Assembly: GCA_002269645.1 (NCBI GenBank)
Contig: NIVC01000992.1
Location: forward strand, 386,758 to 450,757
Direction: 5' to 3'
DNA: 64,000 bases
Source of the DNA: Macrostomum lignano
Taxonomy: Eukaryota
Shown here piece after piece: positions 1-10,100 of this stretch. The notes beneath the pieces are model-generated. The model worked only from the letters and a program-made list of their open reading frames with translations. It was not told where the DNA came from and ran no database searches. The position numbers and the translations under genes were made by a program. Position 1 is the first letter of the stretch, and every line of letters begins with the position of its first letter.

Positions 1-350
1 GTCTGTGGGTTGTCTGTAGGTTTTCTGTGGGTTTTCTGTAGGTTGTCTGTGGGTTGTCTGTGGGTTGTCTGTAGGTTTTCTGTGGGTTTTCTGTAGGTTG
101 TCTGTGGGTTGTCTGTGGGTTGTCTGTGGGTTGTCTGTGGGTTGTCTGTGGATTATCTGTGGGTTGTCTGTAGGTTGTCCGTAGGTTATCGGTGGGTTGT
201 CTGTGGGTTGTCTGTGGGTTGTCTGTGGGTTGTCTGTGGGTTGTCTGTGGGTTTTCTGTGGGTTTTCTGTGGGTTGTCTGTGTGTTGTCTGTAGATTGTC
301 TGCAGGTTTTCTGTAAGGTTTTTGTTGGTTGTCCGTAGGGTTCTTGTGGG
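1..350. repeat. 11-bp minisatellite (GTCTGTGGGTT)n, degenerating rightwards; lies in lysozyme intron 2
   Basis: Directly visible tandem units; the ORF 109..294 is its translation. Confidence 0.95.
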
Positions 351-502
351 TTGTCTGTGGGTTTTCTAAGCTTTATCGGAGGATTGTCTAAGGATTGCCA
401 GCAGGTTGTCTGCGGGTTGCCTCAGGGTTTTCGGTGGGTTGCCTGTTGGTCATCTACAATTTTGCTAGTCATGGGCTGCCAAATTGGCTACCGCGCACTC
501 AC

Positions 503-1167
503 CGCCGCCCAGCTTTCGGCCGGCATATTCGCAGGCGTCCTGCCAGTAGGCCAGTTTAATCTGGAAGGGGCCACAGGAGTCGCTGCCTCGGTCCCACCAA
601 CAGCCAATCGCTCTGTTGCAGTTGGACTCAACCTGGCAAAGGCAGTCAATCAGCGATGACGATGGGGCAGTCGGCCTTTTCGGACTACCAGCAGGACATC
701 TGCAGGCCTCACTACTCGTGTCTACTGGTGACCAGTAGTAGATTCCGTGCCCATATTGTGTTGATAGCTTTACTTTTATCCAATTCCTGTTGCAAGCGAT
801 CGCGGTTTGATGTTGAGCTTGGATTTTGAGAGTAGTTTGCAAATTTTCCCCGATCTCGAAGAGTTTCCTGCCGCACGCTTTAAAATGGAGAAATTCGTTG
901 TTGCTGTGTTGTGACTAGTTTACCTTTTAAAAAGGCAAAACATATTTAATACGTACTTTTGCCTTTTTAACTATTTCGAGTAATTTGTTAGAGAACTTTG
1001 CAGATGCGTTAATACTTACGGAAGTTGTACATTGCAGCACCCATAGCAGTCCAGCTGCAAGTACATTCGCTTTCATTTGTTCGCTCAGTGAATCGCAACT
1101 CAATGGCACACACTTGTACCGTCCCTGCAACAAAAAGTAGCAAATAGAAAAACGATGAAGTCGACAT
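503..1167 (-). CDS. Invertebrate (i-type/destabilase) lysozyme with signal peptide and extra N-terminal Cys-containing domain; 3'-partial. Exons complement(1020..1167, 503..877)
   Basis: CLCQVESNC...GCWWDRGSDSCGPFQIKLAYWQDAC matches the i-type motif with catalytic Glu (VES) and Asp (WDR). Signal-like MSTSSFFYLLLFVAGTVQVCA. Phase-1 GTAAGT donor after 1020 joins the TTTTAAAG acceptor before 877 in frame. GTGAGT donor after 503. Confidence 0.85.
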
Positions 1168-4100
1168 ATTTTGCATAGTGCATGGCGCGGTAAGACGTGT
1201 TGCCGTATAGTAGGCTCGAGTTCTAAACACCTTAATAAGTTGATGCTCTCTGTATGCATCAATCTTATTCGAATAATATAAGGCATTTAGTGGATAGAAA
1301 AAGTTGTTTACTTTTAACCCCGTCACTGCTTCATGTTTAGTAGCTAGCTAGCTCCGCTGTACATGTTACTACTGACAGGCAGATGAAGTTCGTAAACATT
1401 TCTAGAAGGAAGGCTGATTGATACCTGTGCAATATGCTTAATTCATACATGCTGTTTAAATGATGTAGAACGAGAATGGAAGCTGTGATTATATATTAAT
1501 AAGCATAGTTTAGGAAATAGAAGAAAAGAAGAGTTAAAATTGTGATCTATTGAGATGTGATCTAATCTATCTATATCTAGCAAGGATAGATCAGAGCTAA
1601 CAACTCATACGAAGGACAACAATAACCGCGTGAACGACAGAACCGTTTGAGAACGTAGAAAAGGACGGAAAGTCGAACGCGTGCGCTTACACTCGATTTT
1701 CTTCGAATTAATACGCATTACCCCCTAGAATATTTGGATTTCTTTGGCCTATTAGAATGGCTCAGGATGTACATAGTATTTATACATATAAACTCCAGTT
1801 TGGCAATTAGTTCACATGTGTAGTGAATCGGCCTAGAAAAACATTTTTCGCCGAATTTCGTCGGTTCAATTACAGTGTACATGCGCTCTGGATGGCATAC
1901 ATCCGATTACATGTACAGTATGTACAAAATATACAAAAATGTACTACTAGCGGTACTATAAAAATGCATTTCCTAAACGGTCTGTATAAATTAATTATCT
2001 ATCAGAAAAACCTTTATCTTTGGCCCAGGGCCCAGGGTCTCTTCGAACCAACGTAAATTAAGTTGTCTCACCTCATACTGATTCTCCTAGTAGCTTGAAA
2101 TCATAAAGCCAGAGATTATCTCTTATATTATCACCACCGAGTAGATCAGAGTTTTAGCTTATTAGACCAGCTATCCCTCTATTATATGATAATATTCAAT
2201 TTCATGTCATGTAATTTTAGCGTGATTTTACACATACACTGCGTACATGTGCCATATATATGGCCCAAAATCAAGCAACAAAACCCGCTTGCAAACAACC
2301 CCAATTAAAAATGTCTTGCCCTTTATACTCAAACAATATAAAAAAGTCTGACAGGGTCCTCGCGAGCTGCTGGGGCCCAAAAGCTCCATGCTCACCCCAG
2401 GACCTCATGAATTTGCAAATACGTATGCACGCCATGTGCATGCAGATGGGTGTGTAATATACATGTACATGAGTAGACCGGAAGAGAAAACATAATTGGA
2501 AGGGAAGGGAGAACCGGAAACGTGGTTGCAGGTGGGAAGCAGACTGCCAAGCTTTGCTTCAAGCAACCAACCAGACAGCTCGAAATTAAGCCATCAATCG
2601 TAGGCGCGCACACACGCACGCTCAACAGGCTCCCGAGTGTTACCAATAGCAAGCTATATGGATCGGAGAATTGTCGCACACGGCTACAAAAATGGATTGC
2701 TGCGATACACTGCGGTACTCAAATAGAAGGGGCAGTGCTGGTGGAGTCAGAATTTTTACACCAGTGTGATTATTACGACGTTTTTCTCAATCTAAAACCC
2801 TTTTCGGTCGAGTTTCTAAAACGAATGCCTTCCATGGTTTGTTAAAGTCATATAATGCGTACTAATTCAAATTAAACTTTTTATTAGAACAAATATTCTT
2901 AAAATTGACGCGTTTAGAGCTAAAAAACGGTAAATTAATGTACTGAATGAACCTTGCGAACCTTTTCCAATAAATACGAAGAAAGTTACCAAAAAAGACA
3001 ATTTTCCTAGACTATATTAAGGTCAATATATTATTATTAGCTTTAATAATTATTATCAATAATTATTGATTAATATGATATTAATATGATATATATTATG
3101 TGCTTATCATTATCAATCTCAGGGATTCCTTGTATTAATTTTAGTTGCTATAGAGTATATGCCCTAAAAGGCATATACAGTATGCCTAAGTATCATAGCT
3201 TGGACTTAAATGAAATAATTTCCCAGCAGAAAAAAAATGGTCCTAAAAATCTGCAATTATGTTAACTTTGCCAAAACTATACTTATTGGCACATAATTTT
3301 CTTCAACTGTTTTTAGCACAGTTGTCAGATTTATGACATAATCATACTAATCAATACATGTATATATTACTGTGCTAAGCAGAATGTTGCAAAACAAATT
3401 ACTGTTGTGAAACAGTTATGACTGTGCCCAGTTGTGTGATAGCTGATACTATTGATTGAGCCCATTTTTTGTTATTGATTGGAAATTTTTTTCCATTTAT
3501 TTGTTACTGTTTTTTATATACTATGGCATTTAACATAGTTGAGGAACAATTATTTCCTAATTGATTTCTAAATTTAAAGCAATAAGGTCAATGATATATT
3601 GAAAGTATAAAATATTATCATATTGTTTTTTCAAACAAAAATGCATAATACATTGTATGTTATATTTTTAATGAGTAGTAGGGCCTAGCTATTTCTGTAG
3701 ATAGGTGTTTAGCAAAATAAGTATGCTGTTTATTATAGCAATTTTTTGGCAAATTGTTGGTGGTATTTTTGAAAAAATAATGTGGCAAATCTAAAAGCTA
3801 CCTAGTTATCTAGATATCAACAAGCTTTAGATCTAAAAATTGCCTTGTAAAAGTTTAAGAATGTGACTTTTTGTTCTTCCTTAAATTGTAAACATTGCTT
3901 ATGTAATATACTATCTTAAGCTTTTAAATATGTTATAACTTTATTAAGGTCAGTGCCAATGCAGAATGAGGTATCCAGAAAGTTTTGACAGCAGCTATAA
4001 GCACAACTTTGGTGTAATTTTAAAGCAGCATATCTCTTTTTCAGATGAATTCAGTTGTGTGTATTTGGTCATTTCCTTCAAAAGTTATGATAAAACTATT

Positions 4101-4619
4101 GCAATGCCACTGAAAGTCTTACAGTAAAAGGTGAAGTACATAACTTAGTTTCTTATGGATCTTGTTTACAGCATGCAAGTACAAGCATACACAAAATGGC
4201 TATAATGCACAGTGCATCAATCTCTTACTGTCCACCACTTCTACATTGAGTATTATATACACTCTGTCACTTGTAAGCAAATCTCACTGTTTTGCACCTT
4301 GCAAAATTTTGTTTAGTCAAGTGTTTTGATATTTGTGATTTTTGACACTATCATGAGTATGCTGTCCAAAGAAGGCCAAAGGTATGGAATGCTCAAGGGG
4401 TGGGAAAATTGTGTTGGTACAGGTGGAGACTGTGTTAAGAAGGCTTCTTTGAAGGTTGATGATGAGGATGAATGACTAAAATTCGTTTCTTTGAGGACAA
4501 AACATCACTTTATATTTTTAAAACTTTTACTGTAAGACCATCATTGGCATTTTTTGTCAATGGTTTTTTATTGCATTCAGTAATTGCTAATATATTGCCT
4601 TATAACTGTTGTTATACTA

Positions 4620-4985
4620 TTATTTTTTATTAGAGGCAGGGGGTTGTGTGCACCCTGGCGCACTTTAAGCGACATAGGCACACAACCGGCGAGAGGCATT
4701 ACTGCCCATTCCGCGGACTCCCCTGGGCAGGCATACAAGCGCGCGGATACGTACGCAGGCACACACTCACACAGGAGTGTACATCGGCCCTAACTTTATT
4801 TTATCGTTAGGCATGTACACTTCACTGTGCCTTAGGGCGGTTGGCTCTCAAGGCCGTTTATTGCACGAGCAGAGCCAAGCCGAGATTCCAATTCAGCCCC
4901 AAATTAATGTGACTGCACTTGGAATCGAGCCTGGGTCGCTGGCACACCAGAGCCTGCGCTAGACCGCTGGGCTACGGCCCCCCCT
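4620..4985 (-). mobile_element. tRNA-derived SINE (family 1), full length, with 13-bp target-site duplication
   Basis: Minus-strand box A TAGCCCAGCGG (4964-4974) and box B GGCTCGATTCC (4921-4931); A-rich tail; TGTTGTTATACTA at both 4607-4619 and 4986-4998; second copy near 37381. Confidence 0.9.
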
Positions 4986-5081
4986 TGTTGTTATACTAAG
5001 TTAATGCTTAAAGTCTATTCCTAATAAAATATAGTGTCAGAGACTTTTGCCTCAACTTTCATCAACCAAACTAACTTTCAG

Positions 5082-6092
5082 GAGTCTCACCAGCAGCTCA
5101 TACAGCAGCAGCTGCAGCAGCAGCATCAGCAGCAGTCACTGGCCAGCGCTGGTCGCCTTTTTGACCGGCTGTTCGCCCATCACAATGTCCTGTCTGGGGA
5201 GCTGGTGCATCTGCAACAGAGTCTGGAAGGTCGTCGTGGCGGCATGGAAGAGTCCGCTAATCTGTTAAATAAATCTGCCGCTGACCTGACTACCTTGACT
5301 GACAGCACTGCGCCTGCCACCTGCGATTTGTTGTCAGCTAATCTTGCCGCTTGTAAAGAGGCTTGCGGCGCTGCGCTGAATAAGTTAGTAGCTATTAGCA
5401 TGCGATTAACAGTGGTGGTGCTTAGTAGGATGTTTAGTTTTTGAGATGTTTGCTGACAGGTTTTTGAGATGTTTGCTGACAGGTTTTTTACATGTAGCTG
5501 TTTGCTGACAGTTTTTAAGATGTTTGCTGACAGTTTTTGAGATGTTTGCTGACAGTTTTTGAGATGTTTGCTGACAGTTTTTTGAAATGTTTGCTGACAG
5601 GTTTTTGAGCTGTTTACTGACAGGTTTTTGAGATGTTTGCTGACAGTTTTTTGAGATGTTTACTGACAGTTTTTGGGATATTTACTGACAGTTTTAAGAT
5701 GTTTACTGAGAGTTATTTACATGCTTACTGACAGGTTTTTGACATGCTTACTGACAGTTTCGAGATGTTTACTGAGGCTCGTATCCAGGCTCTCTAACAA
5801 GCAATCGAATTCAGTTTTTAATCCACTCGTTATACCAACCCGCAGATGCGCCGAGATCAGCGACCGCGAGCGCCGATTCCTGGCCGCGCTACCAACCGAA
5901 GCGCCGGCGCCATCCACGACGGCGCCAATTCCAGCCGTTTTGCGAGAAGGGCGCGCCCAGCGCGAGGCTGTCTGGCGCGAGTACATGGAAGAGGTGCGCA
6001 ATAAAGCCGCCAGGGTGGACGAAGATTTCTCCAAAGAGGTGGCTCGTTTAGAAGCCGAGTACGCTGAACTAGAGGCAAAGCTGGCTACTTAA
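5082..6092 (+). CDS. BLOC1S5: BLOC-1 subunit 5 (Muted) homolog; exons 5082..5383 and 5846..6092; no in-frame ATG found
   Basis: RLFAHHNVLSGE...EGRRG and WREYMEEVRNKAARVDEDFSKEVARLEAEYAELEAKL match remembered human Muted segments (SRLLDHRPVIQGE..EEKRG; WDNFMKEQPNKRAEVDEEH..RLKEQYAEMEKDL). Phase-2 intron GTTAGT..CCGCAG; 182 codons plus stop. Confidence 0.85.
5445..5770. repeat. ~23-bp minisatellite (GAGATGTTTGCTGACAG(G)TTTTT)n in the BLOC1S5 intron
   Basis: Directly visible, about 14 diverged units. Confidence 0.9.
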
Positions 6093-6102
6093 TTGAGCAG
6101 CA

Positions 6103-6292
6103 TCACGTGACCTCAGGCACCAGGCTTAATTATATAAAATTTTGTTTAAATTTTTTCATCTTGAGTACGTGTGGTGCAAGTGCCTAGTCACGTGATTTGC
6201 GACTGTTGATAAATTTTTTTCACGTGACTAAATAAATTATATTGTTTCCGCGTGTAAAATGAATTGTCACGTGATCAAGTGCGTCACGTGAC
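6103..6292. promoter_or_regulatory. Cluster of five TCACGTGA palindromes (E-box/CLEAR-like)
   Basis: TCACGTGA at 6103, 6188, 6220, 6267 and 6284; the last is a perfect GTCACGTGAC. Regulatory function is inferred. Confidence 0.5.
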
Positions 6293-7163
6293 TAATTCGC
6301 AGTTTTGTAATATTAGACCTAGCTATATTTTTAGCTACAGCTACCTGGTAGCATAACATAAGTTTTTGCATTGACTTGCTGTTAACGTTGTAAAATTGTA
6401 AATCTGTTAATTCTTTTAAGAGTTGTATCGTTAAAACAAACTTAAAATAAACGAACTTTCGATTCCACGAGTTTAAATATTTGATTATAATGATATATAA
6501 GGAATTTCAAATTGATAAGTTTATTATCTGTTTTTCAATGTTAATCACTTTGTAATAATAATAATGTATGTACATAGGAAAGTGGATATTTTTTATTATT
6601 AAAAAACCGCAATAAATTACAAATCAGTTGTTTGAATTAATTATTGTACAATCACGCAATACGCATTTGAAAACACCACTATGATAATTTTTCACAGAAA
6701 TCAGAAAAGAAAGAAAAAACAAATCATGATCTTAGGAGCTGTTCTTGTGGAAAAATAACTCGGTCGTGTCTTATGGTAATGTATTTTATTGAGGTTAATT
6801 AATATTGAGGAAAGAAATTCGTTTTACTACTGATATTAACTTAAAAGTAGTACAGTTGTAATTCTCCTCCAGTTTTTGCAGTTGTTGGGAAACTGCTAAA
6901 ATTGGTAACAGTCTATTGGGGGCGTGACCCCTTGCCATCATTGTGGCTTTCACTCCATACTAAGTGAGCGACCAAGGACCACTGTAGTATAACAGTACGT
7001 AAAACTCAAAGATCGTGTAATCTTTAGGTCAATTTCCTAGAAATGTATATAATATATAATATAACATATATAATTTATATATTATATTATATATTATATT
7101 TCCTAGAAATATAAAAGTATATATGAAATATTATAAATGACATGTAACTAAGACGATTTCAAC

Positions 7164-10100
7164 TCAGTAATTGAGCTTTTCCGGCAGCTGGACGTCTTCA
7201 TCATCTTTGCACGGATAAGTCCAAACTCGCTTTCTCCCGCTAACTGCAGTTGGTTTCTCAGTTTCAATCCAGGACGCGATCAGATTTTTCACATTTCTGG
7301 ACACTTTTATCGGACTGTAAACGTTCGCTTCATCTTCACGATGGAAGGATCGGGGAAGTTCGGGATCGTAGTAGAGGGTGTGAGCACTGCGCCGAGGCTG
7401 CGGCACCTCTCTGCCGGACGATTCGCATTCTCTGGGTGTGAGGTCCTTTGAAAAGCAGATGCGGAGCTCTGCCAAGTAGGCTGGTTTCGATTTCTCGCCC
7501 TGAAAAATAACATAACAGTTCAAGGTCGAATTACGAGTACAGCTGTCCAGGAGACTACTCGTACATGTAGAGGCTGGTCCAGAAAGGTCTCCTGGATAAC
7601 AAGCCGAGTTTTCTCTGCACTCGGTTCATACATCATTTCTCGGAGGTCTGGCCAAGGTAAGTCGCAAAAACGCCCACCCGAAAAATAGACGTAGTACTAA
7701 TTAGATGACGAGGCATGTTGCCTTAATAGTTAATTACTCCTGCCGTTTACTCAAAAATACATTAATTTTTGCTCTAGGGTTTCTTTCATAGGTAAGAGTA
7801 AGTCGAACGGCCGGGTGAAATTTCGAAGTTGAGCATGTATGACTGGGTTGATTAATTGGACTTAAAATGTCCTCAACGCCCTCAGTTTGCTCAGTATGGC
7901 ACCTCTCTCGTGTACAGTATAGCGCCTAAAGATTTGCATCGGCTAAATCGAAAATCTAACTTTGAAAATTGTCAATGAAAGCTGTAAATGAATTATTATT
8001 CCTGAGTCATGACAGTTCATCTCGGCATGTGTTCTGCTCACGTGCTTCTTACTCACGTGCTTTTTTCCAGGTGCGAAGCAATCAATTTCTGGCTTGTAAC
8101 CGAAGGCGCTATTGACGGCTTCAACTATTTTTGAGACCTGAAATTTTTATATTTAAGATTATACTGTGCCCTGCGCAACAAATAGCGCAATAAATAATTC
8201 AATATAAATGGCATTTCTCGCACCTTATAAGATGTCGATCCAGGCACTATGCCGGCACTCTTTAGAAATCTAAAATTGATGTTAACTAATTATATATTGA
8301 GTAACTAATAGTTAACGTAATTTGTAAATAAATGCAAATTTGCTTTTTTCATTTTATCACTCATTTTAATGTCAGTAGCTATCTAAATGCCAGTCCCCTG
8401 TAATGTCCATCTCTCTAAATGCCAGTCCCCTGTAATGTCCATCTCTCTAAATGCCAGTCCCCTGTAATGTCCATCTCTCTAAATGCCAGTTTTCTGTAAT
8501 GTCCATCTCTCTAAATGCCAGTCCCCTGTAATGTCCATCTCTCTAAATGCCAGTCCCCTGTAATGTCCATCTCTCTAAATGCCAGTCCTCTGTAATGTCC
8601 ATCTCTCTAAATGCCAGTCCCCTGTAATGTCCATCTCTCTAAATGCCAGTCCCCTGTAATGTCCATCTCTCTAAATGCCAGTCCCCTGTAATGTCCATCT
8701 CTCTAAATGCCAGTCCCCTGTAATGTCCATCTCTCTAAATGCCAGTCCCCTGTAATGTCCATCTCTCTAAATGCCAGTCCCCTGTAATGTCCATCTCTCT
8801 AAATGCCAGTCCCTGTAATGTCCATCTCTCTAAATGCCAGTTTTCTGTAATGTCCATCTCTCTAAATGCCAGTCCCCTGTAATGTCCATCTCTCTAAATG
8901 CCAGTCCCTTGTAATGTCCATCTCTCTAAATGCCAGTTTTCTGTAATGTCCATCTCTCTAAATGCCAGTCCCCTGTAATGTCCATCTCTCTAAATGCCAG
9001 TCCCCTGTAATGTCCATCTCTCTAAATGCCAGTCCTCTGTAATGTCCATCTCTCTAAATGCCAGTCCCCTGTAATGTCCATCTCTCTAAATGCCAGTCCC
9101 CTGTAATGTCCATCTCTCTAAATGCCAGTCCTCTGTAATGTCCATCTCTCTAAATGCCGTCTTTTCAATATCTAACCTTACATGCCAGCCTCATTAGTTT
9201 TATCAACTGTAAAGTCTCAGCCCATCTCCACTCACTGAGTCACATTGTACTTCAGATAGACGGAGAGGGCCGACTGGAAGTACTTCAGCGTGCTGTTAAA
9301 TCTGGAGTCAACGCTGGCGCACCTGCCGTGCTTGGTGTACTCATGGTTCCTGCAAATGTGGAGGCACAATTTGTGCTTGCAAAATTTCGGCTTAAATATT
9401 TGGGAGATTCTCAGACACCCCCCCCCTAATTTTATGCAGGCAACTTGCATTGCACTAACTGGGTCAAGCGCCTGTTTCACAGTTAAGCTATTCACCCACA
9501 TTCACCCTCTCAACCACATTCACTCTCAACCACATTCACTCTCAACCACATTCACTCTCTTAACCCCATTGTCTCCAATCACCCTGCATCCAACACCCAC
9601 ATTAAACTAATTGCAATTAATTGCAATTTTATTATTCCAGAATCCGGTGTAACTTACCAGAAATCCTTAGGATTTCCTCGTGGATTTAATAGATCCATCC
9701 AATACTTTCTGAGTTGGGATTCCACTGGCTGCAAAATCAAAGCATGCATAGATCGAATGAATATTAATTAATGGTTTGATTTTTTGTTTAAATCTACCTA
9801 AGTCTTGCTAAGTGTACCTTCAGTTGGGAATAGTTGAATTCTCCCTGACAATCTCCTTTGACCTTCTCAGGCCTGAAAGTGAATATTAATCACCATTTAA
9901 TCCAATCAGTTTTTAAGTATTAGGCTAGTCCAATTGGTAATTGTTAGGATTATTTTATAAACATACCAAAGTCCGTGAATGTTAAAAATTGGCACAAGTT
10001 TATCTGTGTTGTTGCACTAAAATGTAAGCAGATAATATTGTTTATTATTGTAGTATTGTCCGAACATTTCTTTCTGTACGAACCTGGGCTGTCACCCAGG

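Noticed and set aside
2522-2845. 107-aa ORF with a GTG start near CCGGAA motifs
   Set aside because: No family similarity or convincing splice structure; may simply be promoter-like sequence.
7571-7657. Plus-strand AG..GTAAGT exon-like segment (RLVQKGLLDNKPSF..)
   Set aside because: It is antisense within an RNase T2 intron, with no partner exons or recognisable product.
8381-9157. 32-bp repeat array as a CRISPR locus
   Set aside because: Units are contiguous with no unique spacers, there are no cas genes, and the context is a eukaryotic intron.
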